Below are positions 50,677 through 64,000 of a DNA stretch of 64,000 nt, one piece after another. The position numbers and the translations under genes are program-made. Within the stretch, counting starts at the first letter, position 1. Each line of letters starts with the position of its first letter. The notes below the pieces were generated by a model that saw only the letters and a list, made by a program, of their open reading frames with translations, was not told where the DNA came from and did not search any database. This DNA is from the human T2T-CHM13v2.0 reference genome, Homo sapiens, in NCBI RefSeq assembly GCF_009914755.1, contig NC_060935.1; one strand, written 5' to 3'.

Positions 50677-53659
50677 CCTTGTGATGTTCTTGATCTTAGT
50701 GGAAATGCTTCCAGTGTCTCTTGATTAAATAAGATGCTGGTTTATAGGACTATATCTTATCATATTGAGAAAGTATCCCTCAATTCCTATTTCACTGAGT
50801 GTTTTGATCATGAATGGGTATTGATCAAATACCCATTTCTTAGCATTTATAGGGAAATAAATGAGCATATTATTCTATCCTTAGGTTCATTCATATGGTA
50901 CATGCTTGTTGTACATTGAATTGGATCCCATAGAAGGAATTGACCCTGATGATACCTTTATCAGAATTAGGGATACCTTTATCTTGAACTTCTAGCCTCC
51001 AGGACTGAGACAATACATTTCTGTGGTTTAAGCCGCCCAGCTTGTCATTATGGCAGCCCTAGGAAACTAAAGCAATGTTATTAATGGATGGATTTTTCTA
51101 ATATTAAAGCTACTCTGGAGGTTGAGGCAGGAGAATCGCTTGAACCCGGGAGGTGAAGGTTGCATGCAGTGAGCTGAGATCACGCCACTGCACTCCAGCC
51201 TTGGTGACAAGAGCAAAACTCTGTCTCAAAAAAAAAAATCAACCTTGCATTCTTGGAATAAATCCCCTTGGTCTGACTGGTTTTTAATAATATCCAGGAT
51301 AGTAACAAAATATAAGCAGTGTTTCAGAGAAGGATGCACTTGAAAACAACTCAGAGGTCATCTTGTCTCAATATCCCAATTTCCATCATACCTGTTCTGC
51401 CCTGGAGTCCCTTGTGAGCTCCCATTTTTGACCACACAGGGGAGCACCATTAGCAACTATTCCCCATTGAAAGTTCTGTGTCTGATGGGCCTTCTCACCC
51501 TGCAATCTTGACCTGCCCCCCACTCACCTGAGCTGGCCAGATGAGAATGGAATGAACTGGTTAACAGGGTGATTTTTAATATTCCTCCTAGAGACACCAA
51601 GCCTTAGGAGCCTCCACTTTGAGCCACTCCCCATGCCATGGCTTCCTTTAGGGTTCCCACACAATAGCTAGACAATTAGGTCTGTTGGGGTTAAAAAAAA
51701 CATGATTATCATAAGTTTCACCTGGGAAATCCTATTACACAGAGGAGCAGTGAAGATAGGGGTTTTCTAACCTGGGCAGAGAAGATTCTGTCTCTAGGCT
51801 CTGGTAAGATAGAGGGTATAGAGTCTGGCAGAACCAGGAAGAGAGGGGTGGATCAGCTCTGGGTGACAAAAGCTCTCCCAGGTAGAGGAGAAAGGGTTGT
51901 GCTATGAGGAAATGAGTTCCCAGTTACAGTGGCATGCAAGCAGAGGTGGGACAGCCAGTCAAGGAGCCTGCAGAGGTGACCTTTTCCTGGAGGAGATAGG
52001 AAGAGGGGAGGGAAAGGCCACAAGAGTGGAGTCAGACAGGGTAGGTTTGGATTCCAGTTACTAATTGTGTGACCTGGGGCATCTCCCTGAGGCTTGGTTC
52101 TGTCATCTGGAAAATGGACTAATCAGAGCTGCTGCAGAGGGCGGTTGTGAGAAATGGGAAGTGCACCTCCACATCAGGCCCTGCGATGGTACCATTAGAT
52201 GACTCAGTTTACAAAAACTGACCAGCAGGATCCCGGGCCAGAGCATCATCAAAGTCCCACCTTTTCCCCAACCTTGTTGGGCAGATCTGGCTCTTCCTGG
52301 CCTATCTTGGGGACCTCTCTCTCCCCCAAGAGCAGGGCCAATGCTCTCTCCACCCGGCCACCAGGGTGGGTGTCCTGGGCAGGTCACTCTCGCTAGGCCT
52401 CTTTCCTCACCTGTCGGAGAAGGTGGAGCTGCTGGAGATGATTAAAGGACTGGGCCCTTCCAGTGCTAACCTGCTAGGGTGGCTGGGCTTCTCACTGGCC
52501 ATGAGTGCATGTCTCTGCTTCTGGGACTCAATGTCTTCACAAAATGAGGGGCTGGGCCAGATGACAATAACACCAGCTAGCACATGCTGAGCTCTTACTC
52601 CAAGCAAAGGGCAACCATGAGGGCTCCGTATGTCCCGGCCCATTTAATCCCACAACAACTCCATGGTGCGACTGTTGCTATGCTGGCTTTATAGGAGAGG
52701 ATACTGGCACAGTGAGGTTGGGTCACTTGTCTGAGGTCACTCAGCTAATATGAGCCCAGGCAGAGTCCATGCTTGCAACTACTGCACAATACCCTCTTGT
52801 GGCTCCAATGCTTTGAGATACAGAAGGGGGTCTGAGCATCCTCTGAACCCCACTGTTTTGTGGGCTGAGGCAAACATGCCTTCTCAGACACAACCCCAGC
52901 CCCACCTTGGAACACATGGGAGTTGCCCAGCCCAGAGACAATGCTGCCCAGTATCCTACACAACCGGGCCTTTATCGATCCCCGTGACTTGCCTGTACCT
53001 GGTCATCACACACTCCAGCTAGAAGCCCATTTTACAGACAGGGAAAAGGATAGAGGACCTGCCCAGATCACACAGCCAGTAACTGGCAGAGTGAGGACTG
53101 GAGCCCAGATCTACTTGGCTCTACCAAGTGCTGCTGTCTTCCTGACAATGACCCTTGGCCTCTGCCCTCCAGGAACTTTGGCCTTGCAGGGGAAACCTTG
53201 GCCCCACCAGCAACTCTGAGAGACGCAGCCTGAGAAGGGCCATAGGTGAGGGGTGGATGCTGAGCAAGGGAGCTTTGGGATGCTGCAGCACAGGGAGGAA
53301 GGAAGAGTCCTTCAGACGGCCACAGATCAGCACGGGCATGGTTTCAGGTGGGGAGAGTAGAGCCCCTGAAGTGACTTTTGAAGGGCTGGTGAAGCTGCTG
53401 CTCCCAGTACAGGGCATGGAATGAGGTTAGGGGAGATGGGGGAGTCAGATGGGGTGCAGTCTTAGAACACTCTTCTATGGGTGGCGGGTCTCAGCTGCAT
53501 ATGTGAAAGTCTTCTTTGGTTGGATAGGAGGCTCCTGAGGGGGCTGGGGCTACTCTTAAGGGAGAAGCATCTGGGTGGCCTGGGACAGAGGCAGGGAGGT
53601 TGGGGAGAAGCTAGAGAAGTCCAGGTGACTGAGAGTGAGGTGAGGCAGAGACTCCTCTT

Positions 53660-54323
53660 AGTGGAAATAAAGGAAAATCATGAGTCTTTTCAGGGGGAAT
53701 TTCAGGCAGCTAGCTAGCTTTGAGAAGTAAATGAGCACCTTGACAAGCAAGAAGGTAATTGAAGCTTCAAACAAGGGCCACCCAAATAAGTTAGAGCCAC
53801 AAGATGTCTGGTTCCCTATAGAAACTAAAGATAACATCTTGACCTATGTCCCTGAATTGTTTTTCACAGCTGTCACTTAGGCCTCAGATAAGGGGAAACT
53901 GAGGGCTGTTCTTTAAATTTCTTCCCAAGGGTTCTGTAAAGAGTCACACCCATAAGCCAATGCTTAACTCTCCTATCTGTGGACCCCAGGTTTTTAGACA
54001 GTCTTGCTTCCTAAGCCAATTGCAAATCACAGAATCTCTGAATCCACCTATGACCCTGCCTCAAAATGTCTCACCTTTTTGGGCCAAGCCAATGTATAGC
54101 TCCAGAGTATTTATTTATGACTTTGCCTATAACCTCTGTCTCCCCACCTTTAAAAAGCCTTACATGTAAACCATTGGGGAGTACGGGTCTTAAGCATTAG
54201 CCGACCTATTCTCCTTGCTTGGCACCCTGCAATAAATGCCTCCCTTTCTGCCGCTGCAAATCCTGGTGTCAGTGTTTGGCTTTGCTGCACTGGGTGGGCG
54301 GACCCAAGTTTGTTTCGGTAACA
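53660..54323 (+). mobile_element. ERV1-type (MER4-group) solo LTR about 1 kb upstream of the CAPN5 TSS
   Basis: TATA-like TTTAAAA near 54148, AATAAA at 54231-54236, terminal TTCGGTAACA. Confidence 0.7.
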
Positions 54324-55310
54324 CAAGAGGTTGACGAAATCATTAACTGAGACTTCGAAACAAATTGGAGGCGGAGAATGAACGGGCCTGAGACGCTCCA
54401 CCAGCGAGTGGGCCGATGGGCTCATCAGATCAGATGGGCGTCTGTCCTGCTGCCTCAGGGCGGGGGGTGGTGGCACCCCTGAGCTCCTACTGTAGGCAAG
54501 AACTAGTCACTCCTAAACCTTCTCTATCGGATTCCCCAAGCGGCCTGGGGTGGGTAGAGATTATAGTCCCCGTTTTACAGATCAGGAAATGCAGGCTCCG
54601 TGCCATCCCAGGGCATTCCGGTAGCCAGTCACGGACAGAGAGTCAAACATGAGCCCGAGCCCGGGAGCCCATGGCAGCACGGGATTAAGTCCTCAACACG
54701 GGCCGGGGTCAGTTTTCCCATCTGACAGAGGCCCTCTGCTGCTCACAGGGGCCTGGGCTCCCACTTCTCCATCCGAACACTTGGGATGGATGTGAAGGTG
54801 GAGCCCGGAAAGGGAGGGGCGCCGCCCACCAAGTCCTGGTTCTGGCAGGCACCCTGGCCCTTGCGGGTCCTCGGTACTACACGCCGGCCCCAAGTCAGCC
54901 GCGGCCCCGGCCCGCCCTGTGGGGGCTGAACCCCAGCCCCGGCCCGATCCCTCACGGTGCAGCCAGCCCTTGGGAGGCTGCCCATGGGGATGCGCACCAA
55001 CCGCAGACAGATAGGCTGGGAAGGAGGGAGAACGAGGGCCCGACCGAGCCGGTAGAGGCGGTGGGTGCCGCTAGGGGCCCCAAGTCCGCGTTCAACACAG
55101 GGGCTGGAAGGAGACCGCTCCTCTGAGCGGCCGCCCACCGCACCAGTGCGCATGGGCGCACCCGGCCACCGGGCCGCCCACCCCGCCCCACGGGAGACCA
55201 CGCCTCCGGCTCGCAACGGGCAAATGGGCGGAGGCCGCGGGCGGGGCGGGGCGGAGCCGGGCCCAGCTGGCCGAACCCGGGGAATGCGAGCGCCAGCCCC
55301 CGCCGCAGGC

Positions 55311-55435
55311 CAGTCCCAGCTGGATCTCCGGCCAGAGCCCGAGGCTGCTGCGCCGGGCGGCTGCAGCCTCCGCTCCAGCGCCCGCGCCGTGCCCTGCATC
55401 CCGGGAGCCCGGCTGGACCCGCGGCGGCTCGGCCG
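55311..55435 (+). other. CAPN5: CAPN5 non-coding exon 1 (start approximate); intron 1 runs past the window end
   Basis: CCG|gtagga donor at 55435/55436 downstream of the GC boxes. No calpain coding sequence is visible in the window. Confidence 0.7.
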
Positions 55436-55467
55436 GTAGGAGGCGGGCGGAGGGAGGCGTGTGCTTC

Positions 55468-55488
55468 TGTGTGTGTGTGTGTGTGTGT
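55468..55488. repeat. (TG)10 microsatellite
   Basis: Directly visible, about 30 bp after the exon-1 donor. Confidence 0.95.
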
Positions 55489-55968
55489 TTCGGGGGGGTG
55501 TGTGCGGGTGCAGCGCGGGCCAGTGATTGCTCCGGGACCACGAATCAGTGGAGGGGGCTGCACCTCCCGCGGGCCCGGGGGGAAAGGAAGTGAGCGCTGG
55601 CTGGGGGGCGGGGTCCTGGAGCATCCGCCTGGGCCCCCTCGGCTCGTCCCCACCCCCACCCCCGGCGAGGAGTCTTTTTTTTCACCTCCCTCTGGGTGTC
55701 TCCGAGTCGTTTTCCTAGTGCGGACGCGCTGGAAGCGCCTAACACCCGGGGCTAGACTGTCACTTCCTCTCATCTTCCTTACAGTTCCCCCCTTCTCTTC
55801 CCTGCTTAACCCCCCTTTCATCCCTGCAATCCACCAACCCCTTCTGGGTGCTCCACCACCCAGGCCTGGGGAAGGGGCAGGGCCGAGGCTCCTGCTGCCC
55901 CAGCCTATCCGCTTCTTGGCACTACTCCCCAGGTTGAAAGGGGGCTTTTCTCCTTGACTGCAGGGCGG

Positions 55969-55974
<6 letters not shown>

Positions 55975-56020
<46 letters not shown>
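55975..56020. repeat. (GT)23 microsatellite
   Basis: Directly visible. Confidence 0.97.
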
Positions 56021-56021
<1 letters not shown>

Positions 56022-58984
56022 GCGGGAGTGTGGGGGAGTGGTCTGGGAGGGAATGGATCTTTGGTTTCTCAGACCTCAGAGTTCCCACCTCTGTTCCTTT
56101 GCGTTGGGGGTCTCGGAAGACTGGCCTAGGGGACCAGAGGCGAAATAGGACAAAAGATCATTAACAGGTGCGACGTTCTCTCTCCCAGTCATTTCATGTG
56201 GTGGGATTCACCCCCAAGTTCCATACAGATCAGAAGAGTGGGGCACAGAGAAGCGAAGTCAGCTGCCCTCTCAGGATTGCTGAGCCAGAATTTGAACCCG
56301 GGTCCGCCTGGCTCTCATCCCAGAATCTTCTCCCTACACCTGTGGTTTAGAGAGAAAAGTACTGAGGGCGACTATCCCAGGACTCAGGGGAAAGAGAGAT
56401 CTGGGCAGACTTCTTGGAAGAGAGGGGCTTACGGGTGAGGCTCAGCCAACTCAATGAGTCTGAGGCCTGCTGGGGGAACCACTGTGTTTTGCAAGGATTG
56501 ACACCTCCCAGGGTCCTCGGGCTGGTCCTTGCTCCTGTCCCCAGGGTCTGGGGGTGGGGTGGTGTGGCTGCCTTTGCCTCCTGGGCAGGGTATGGTGGGC
56601 CCAGCTGCTGCTGCAGGCCAGGTCAGGCTAGTTGCCAGCACACAGAGGTGCTCAGGCGGGGTCTTTGCCCTGAGGAGCCTCTCTTCTGACAAGACAGGCA
56701 GTGGGTCCACAGATAAGGCCCTGTCCAGAGTTGTACCCAGTGCTGGGAGCACAAGACAGGGACTGATGGGTGCCCGGGAGCTGGGGATGAGTTCACTTGC
56801 AGATTCGTTGGGGCTGGGTCTTGAAATCCACCAAGCAGAAAAGAAAAGGCAGGTCATTGCAGCCCCAAGGAACAGCATGAGTAAAGGCCTGGCAGTGTGA
56901 AAATGAATGCTGGTGGGGTGGATTGCGGATTAGATAGGTCAGATGTGTGTCCAAGAAGGGCCACCTTTGGCTGCAGTAGTGGGTGGGCTTCCACTGAGGG
57001 CTATAAGGAGGAGGCCAAAGCAGGGAGAGGGCCCTCCCTTCTGCTCTCCTCTGCTCCCCACCCAGGGCTAGGCTTGGCAGGGGAGGAGGGACCCTGATAA
57101 AGTTTCCCAGAGCAGGGGTGCTGGGGGCAGGAGGTGCCCAGGGGCTAAGGGGCTACACAGGGTCCCAGTGCTGGGGGAAGGTAGGTGGGGCTGCCTCTGT
57201 GAGATGGGGACCACCATTGGGGGTGGAGCAGGTTGGGAGTAAGTTGACTGTTGGACAGGGTGGTTGTGAGATGCCTGTGGGTTTTTGTGGGTGACATCTG
57301 GGACACTGCTCCCAGGCCAGCACTGTCTCTGTCTGCTTCTGCGCCTGCTTTCCTGGCAGGCTGTCAGATCAGCCCTGGAGTCCTGGTCCCCAAACAGGAG
57401 GCCTCCTGCGCCCTCAGTGGGCACCCTCTCCTACCTGCAGGGCCTAAATCATGTGTCTGTTCTTTCTCTTGGCTGAGACCATCTCTGTACCTTCCTACTT
57501 GCCTATGACCTTGAGGCGGAGAACTTCCCTTTTCTGTCTCAGTTTTCTCATGTGCGGAATGGGGATAAATGCTGCCTATTCACAGGGACTCGGGGGATGA
57601 TGAAGATGAACTTAGATCATGTCACTGAACGCATCTTTCTAAGTACATGGTGTCTGGTAGCCATTGTTACTAATAGCAGCTGGCAATCAGCATCACTTAG
57701 TTCCCTCCCTGGGGATGAGGGGCTGACTTTGGGAGAAGAAGGGTGGAAGGAAACAGTCCTCTCCTATTGAAACGGAAGCCTCTCTTGGCTTTAGTGGGTG
57801 AAGGGGACTTACGGGAGTGATCTGTATCTGCCTGACCAAGTCCCCTGGCTTCCCCCAAAAGCTTCTAGCCCTTGAGGAGAGGCAAGGGCTGAGCAGCCGG
57901 GAGCACCCTAGAGTACAGCATGTAAAGGTTGAACAGAAAGCCCAGCAGTGGGCCCTGGGCTCCCCCAGCTGCAAAGAGCAGGGTCTGCAACACCCCCCAC
58001 CCCTCCCCAGCAGCCTCCTGGGCAGCTGGCAGCAGTCTCTCTGCAGCTGGGCTTTTCACCCGTTCTGTCTCTGTCCCCATCTATTCAAGTGTTTTGAGTG
58101 CCTTCAGAGCCCCTCCCAGGCACCTCTCAAGTGCCCTCAGAGAACTCTTCTGCCTCTCCATCCCTGGTCCCCGCTCAAAACTTTCCTGGGCTCACCGTGG
58201 TCCTGAAGCTTGGCCTTCCTGCTGCCCACCTCTGAGCCCTCCTCCAGGCTGGTGGAGACACCCTGGGATTGCCTTGCTTCAGTGCAGGCAGAGCTGCTCA
58301 CTTGCCTGTGGCCTCAGGCTTTGCCTTTCCCTGCTCACCCAAGGCAAAGGGGCCAGGTCCCTTTGCGGTTGGAATCTGGATGTCTTAGGAAGCCAGCCTC
58401 AGGCTTGGATGGGGAAGCTGTGGATGATGTGTGCTTACCCGCAAGGGCCTGGGTTACTGCTCCCCATTCTGGTTGTTTGCACGTGTGCTTCCAGGGACCC
58501 AAGTTTTCCCAGGGATAGGGGTCTGGGTGGGCAACAGCTGAGGCTGCGGTGGCCTGTGGGTGTGTGCTGTGGTTTTCTCCCACAGTGGGCATGCAAGAGA
58601 AGGGGCTGGTGACCAGAGCACATCAAAGCCCATCCACTGGTCCCCAGCTGCCCTTCACTGTCAGGATGTGCCCCCGGGGATGGTGGGCAGAAGGCTGGGA
58701 GCCCATTGGCTTGACCCACCTGCCCTGCCCAGCCAGCCCCTGCTCAGCCAGTGCCCCCTGCTGCTGTGTAACTTCTGCCAGTTGGAGTGAGGTGGGACCC
58801 AAGTGATTTGTTACTCATAGCAGGAACTAAGAAACTGATGTGGGGTGACTGTTGTACAGCGGAGCAACTCAAGGTGTAAGAACTTCATTTCCCTCATGGG
58901 CTTCTCCGGGCAGGAGAGGCGGGTGGGACCCCATGACACCCCGGCTCCCATTAGCTATTCTTCAGGAACAGCATCGTTCAAGAG

Positions 58985-59435
58985 CATATTCCTTTCCTAT
59001 CACTGTTGCGACAAATTGCCACACTTGGTGGCTGAAAACAACACAGATTTATGCTCTTACAGTTCCGGAGATGAGAAGTCCCCCATGAGTCTGATGGGGC
59101 TAAAATCCAGGCTGGCTTCTTCTGTGGGATCTAGGGGAGAGTCCATTCCCTGTCTCTTCCAGCCTCCGGTGGCTGCTGGCATTCCTTATGGCAACATTGC
59201 CCCAGTCTCTGCTTCTGTCTCATTGCTCTTTCCTCCTCTGCAGGCAGATCCTCTCCACCTCCCTCTTATAGGGACACTTGTGATTACATTCAGGGCCCAC
59301 CCAGATAAGCCAAGATCGTCTCCCTGTCTCAAAATCCTTAATCGCATCTTCAGAGTCCCTTGTGCCATACAAGGTGTCATTCACAGGTTCTAGGGATTCG
59401 GTTGGGAGTATCTTTGGGGCTGTCATTCAGCCCAC
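58985..59435 (-). mobile_element. MLT1-type LTR in CAPN5 intron 1
   Basis: CTCTTACAGTTCCGGAG...AGGGCCCACCCAGATAA...TCACAGGTTCTAGGGATT. Confidence 0.78.
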
Positions 59436-62400
59436 CCCAGGAGCTGACAGCAGCGTCACTGCAGGCACCATTCCCAGCTCCCGCCCCCACCCCAGTGCCC
59501 ACCGAGGCTGGCTTCCCCAGTCACAGTCCTGTTTCCCCCAGGAGGTCACTCACAATGTCTGTCTCCCCTCCAGCCTGGGAGCCTTGGAGGCTGGGCGCTG
59601 CTGTAGCCCTGGCCCCAGTGTGCAGCCTGAGCCCCTGGTAGCCAGAGTTCAGGGATGTTTGGAAGAAGGGCATCCCTGGCACGGCCGCATGGGTGGTCCC
59701 CAATGTCTGGACCCTGCCTGCCTTTGACAGCGTGCTGGGCCTTTCACGGTGGAGTGCAGCTCATTTCAGACATTCACGCAATAAGCCCAGTGCTTTGCAG
59801 GGTCATTTGATGCTCACCATCACCCTACAAGGGGGTGGGGCTGGGGAGTCCCGCTTTACAGGTGAGAATACCAAGGCCTATTACGGCCAAGTCCTGTCTG
59901 GTATGTGGGGTCAGGTGAACAGGCTGGGCCAGTAGAGCAGAAAATACCTTTATTTTACAGATGAGAATTCTGAAGCACAAAGAGGTTAACTGCTTTGCAC
60001 CTCGCTGGCCTCAGTCTCCCCATCTGAGGACGGGTATGTGGACAGGATGTTGCCCAGCCTGACATCTTGGGGCTCTGGTTCACCCTCTGCCTGGGTATGG
60101 GGAGCAGGCGCTGGCATTCTGGGTTGCCATGGCCAGGAATAGGAAGTGGCTTGGAGCAGTGCAGTGGGCCTGGAAGTGCTGCTTGCCCAGAGACATGGTC
60201 TGCCATTGCAGGAGGGGGTAAGCCCTCTGGCGCCTCAGGAAGAACCCTAGCCAAATCCCAGAGCCCCGGCCTGCCTGCTGCGGACCTGCCCCTGTGTGAG
60301 TCTCCTTTCCCTCCTCATGGCCAAGGCCACGCCATACTGGGCCCCGCTTCTCTCAGGGGCCTGCCTATAGCCTGGCCTCCCTGCCTGCATCCTGGGCCTC
60401 CTTTCCCGTTGACCTTCTCATACATCATCACACCCCATCTCATGCCTGAGTTCTTAGCCTGGCTTTCAGGGCCAGCCACAACCTGGCTGTGGCAATATTT
60501 CTCTACTTCCTCTTCCCTCTCCCCTGCACCCTGTCCTCCAGACTTGCCTGAATGATTTCTTCCTCCAGAATAATCTTTCCTCCCCCAAACCTTCCACCTC
60601 CTCCATCTCTTGAAATCACAATCTACCCTTTGAGATCCCGTTTTGTTGCTACTTCCTCCATGCAGCCGTCCCTGCCTGGTGTGAACGAATCACTTCCTTT
60701 GAGAGCAGATCTCGCTGCCTTGTACTGAGGCCTCTGCCTCTCGCCTTCACCAGGCTGACCTCTAGGGCAGATTCCCATCTGACTCCTCACTGCCCCTTGG
60801 TCAGGCACAGGGAAGGTGTGCAAGTGAAGTTGGAATGGGGGACACACCTGAGCAGGACACCCAGGGCTGGAGAGTGGGTCACTGCCCGAGGGAGGGGTGG
60901 TGGGCCAGGCTGAGCAGGACTTTGACATGGTACAGGTTCGTGCCTCTGCCCTGAATGTCCTCTTTCCCCTCAGAGCCTCTGTCTCCCATTTGTGTAATGA
61001 GAACAGCACAACTCATTTCTGAGGTTGTGCAGGAGCTTGTGCTGAGGAATGGCGCACTTCAGTTTCCCAAAGTGAGAGATGGGCACTGTCTCACCAGTCT
61101 TTAAACCTTGAGTCTTGGAGATAGTCTAGGGACTTGAGTCTAGGACTGCCTGTACAGGAAGTGGAGAAAAGGGCTGTCCTGGTGATAAACCCGCCAGATT
61201 GAAAAATAGTGTGTAGTGTTCCCCTCCCTGCCACTCAATCACGAGAGCCTGTGGCCAGAGAGGGCAGGAGCTTTCCTGGGCTCACACAGCACAGTGAGGC
61301 AGAGGTGGCTTCAGTGACCTGATCAAGTCCCATTTTGTTAGGTTGTCTCTCCGGTGGGGAGTGAGCGAGCACACAGCCCCCACCCCACCCCGGGTGAGAG
61401 AGAATGTCCTGCACAGGGACGCCCAGCTGTATCTACCTGCTGTCAGCACTTTCTCTGCAGGACCTGGTGCTGGACTGGGAGCCCCGAGGTAGGGTGGCCA
61501 CCGCACTGGGTTGCCTGGGACTGTGGGTTTCCTGGATGTGGTTCTTTCAGTGTTAAAACTGTGGTGAGCTGCTCACCCGAGGCTTGGCCTGGGGCTGCCC
61601 CCTGCCCAACAGTCTCCACCTCCACAAGTGTGGCCAGGTCCTTGACTTCTTCCTGTCCTGCCCAAGGCCTGCAGGAACCCCTGACCTGGAACACCCTTTC
61701 AGAAGCTCCTCTCCCTTGGCCGCTTGCTTACAGATGCTGCTTACAACAGCGGCTCCTGCTGTCCCTACACTCCCTCCTGCTCACAGCACCCTGGGCGGGA
61801 CCCAATTGCCAGATGAAGAACAGCTGCAGGGTCAGGCCTCTGACTCAGTCAGAGACACACAGAGCCAGGCCTGCAGGCCAGCACAGCCCTCACATGCTGT
61901 GCTGTGAGGCACCAGGGGACATCACGGCTGCAGGACCACCATTCCCCCAGGACCAGCCAGAGACCCTGTTCCCCATACACACATGGCCCTGCCCGCAAGG
62001 CCCTCTGTGTCTCCTAGCAGGAGAGCGGCCTGGTGGGATTTATGTTAGAAAGATCACTCAGCAGCCTGGTGGAGAATGGATTGGACACAGAAACGATAAG
62101 GGAAGGAGAGGGGAGGGGAGGAAATAGACAGGATTTCCCAGCCCTGGTGCCAGCTCGCCTGGTGGTGGCTGGAGTGACTCACTGGGCCTGGTTGCCTTGG
62201 CTCTGGCGCCAGAACCCAGGAGCCCAGAGCTCTGGGTGGCCTAGGGGCTGGGAGCCTGAGGTGGCTCTGAGCCTGGCTCTCCCTCCACCGCACATTCTCC
62301 CTCCCCACCCTGCCATCCATTCCTCAGCACACGGTGCGTCAGAGAGACAGGGGCCTGGGAGGTCACAGTACACCCACGAAAGGACAAAGAGACATGATTT

Positions 62401-64000
62401 AAGCATCTTATTAGATGGTGACTTAGGGAGCAGATGGAGGATGGGGTATGGGATAGAAGGGGATAAATACATTAACAAAATCAAAAACACAAATAACCAG
62501 GCAGCCACCAAATGGAGTTTCTGCCCTTTCTAGTCCCCTCTGGCTTCTGGCCTTCCCTGCAATGGCTCAAGCCAGGGCTCTTCCAGTCCTGGGTCACTGC
62601 ATCAGCATCTGACCTTTAGTCTTGCCCCTGGCTCCCCTGTGCCCCAGTAAATGCTGATGCCCCTCTGCCTGGCATCCCCAGCCCTGCAGAGCTGGTTCTG
62701 CCAGCTTCCCCCCAGGCTCCGCCCACCCAGTGCCCTCCCACCTTTTCCCTCTCCCTGTGCCACATTGTACCCTGCTGTGCCCTTGCTGCTTCTGGCCTAT
62801 CCTTCTGGCCCTGCTCGGGCTCCATCTCGGAAGGCCACCACCATTCACCCCCAGCCCCCTCCTCATCAGCCAGCTCAGCGCCAGCCCAAATCGGGCACCA
62901 GCAAAGATGTGCAAGTTGGAGTTGACTGTGTCCCCTAAATGATGAAGCCCCAGCTGTTCAGCCCTCCCCTGTTCATATGGCAAAAGGTGGTGGTGGGGGG
63001 TGTCTTCCCTTAAGAGGGGAGAAGAGGTTGAGGAAGGGAGGTAGGGGAAAGGGGGCTTTGATTGGCAGGGAATGGGTGAGGGTGTCACTGGCTCCTTCGG
63101 CCGGCACTGGGTGATACTCACTCTGCCAGGCCTGTGCTTTGCGCTGGGCACCACTGTGGGGTACGGGGCAGTGGAGCACAGGAGAAGGACCCTCAGCAGG
63201 CATTCCTGCATTCTCCCTTCACCCCCACCAGTGGCTGGCCACCAGGAAGAGCTGAGGCTCTCTCCCACTCGGTCCTGGAACCCAGCCCCTCCGCATCCAC
63301 ACGTGAGACTGCCAGTCCAAGTCCTGTGGCCGTTCTTCTGGTCTTTCTGGTTTAGTCTTGTCCTTTTCTAGTCCGTTTCCCATGTGGCAGCCAGATGGGG
63401 CTCCCCAAGACAGCCGTGACCAAGTCCCTCCGCTGCTCAGCACCCTTCCACACTCCCCATCACCTTAGGATGAAGCCACACTCTGCACATGGCATCCCGG
63501 GGCCTCTGGCGGGATCCTCTGCAGCCTCATCCATGATCCCTGCCCCACACCCCTCCCCTCCCCTTTTTTTCTGAGCACCATGCCACCCTCCTCAGGGCTG
63601 AAAACATCCTCCTAGGGATGGTCTCTGGCTGGCATCTCCCCTTCTCAGGTGCAGAGGAAACCTTGCAGGTGTGTGCTTGGTTGGGGTGTCAGGGTGCCAC
63701 ACACCTGTAGGACCTTCTTGTGGACTGCTCCAAGTGTTGAGACACTCTTGAGTGTCAAGTCCGCAAGCGTCCTGAGAGCTAGAGGAGGAGGCTGGGACCA
63801 GAGAATTGGAGGCTTGCAGAAGGTCACACAGCCTGCGTGTGACAAAGGCTAGTGCTCGGACCCAGCCTGGGGCACTTTCCCACTCCGCCTCCCTTCCCTT
63901 TAGGTCAGCCCACCTAGGTATGTGGTGTCCAGCTGGACAGGGCTACAGCTGTGAAGGGCCCGGATCTGCTGGGACCTGGGTTACCACATTCAGCCAGCCC

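Larger units (their letters stand above)
54700..55750 (+). promoter_or_regulatory. CAPN5: CAPN5 CpG-island promoter
   Basis: Dense CpG, tandem GC boxes GGGCGGGGCGGGGCGG near 55239-55254, NRF1-like TGCGCATGGGCGCA at 55147-55160, no TATA box. Gene identity is from synteny with ACER3/B3GNT6. Confidence 0.8.

Noticed and set aside
54743-56088. 293-aa and 378-aa antisense ORFs at the CAPN5 promoter
   Set aside because: CpG-island and microsatellite translations (THTHTH) with no domain.
61354-62127. 257-aa ORF in CAPN5 intron 1, considered as a nested gene such as OMP
   Set aside because: GTG start and no similarity to OMP or calpain that I can recognise. OMP should lie beyond this window.

Overview
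Primate, most likely human, genomic DNA that I recognise as the 11q13.5 ACER3-B3GNT6-CAPN5 locus, with all three genes on the + strand. It contains the last four coding exons and a ~6.4 kb 3' UTR of ACER3 (3371-~15150). The complete two-exon B3GNT6 core-3 synthase follows (non-coding exon ending at 22831; single coding exon, CDS 27914-29068). A repeat-rich intergenic interval then leads to the CpG-island promoter, first non-coding exon and start of intron 1 of CAPN5 (~54700-64000). Most ORF-track entries are Alu, LTR or GC-content artefacts. I see no new multi-gene system. The best leads are: (1) splice geometry allowing an in-frame ACER3-B3GNT6 read-through fusion; (2) a splice-assembled, strong-Kozak overlapping uORF that covers the B3GNT6 start codon; (3) an L1 3'-transduction that carried a MER41 LTR fragment, with two poly(A) tails inside one target-site duplication (TSD) pair; (4) a 171-bp, 96% identical inverted templated insertion copied from 4.4 kb away; (5) a MER41 LTR with intact tandem GAS/STAT1 motifs; (6) an orphan CpG patch with divergent CTCF motifs. 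Repeat subfamily names come from my memory of consensus sequences, and repeat boundaries without a TSD are approximate.
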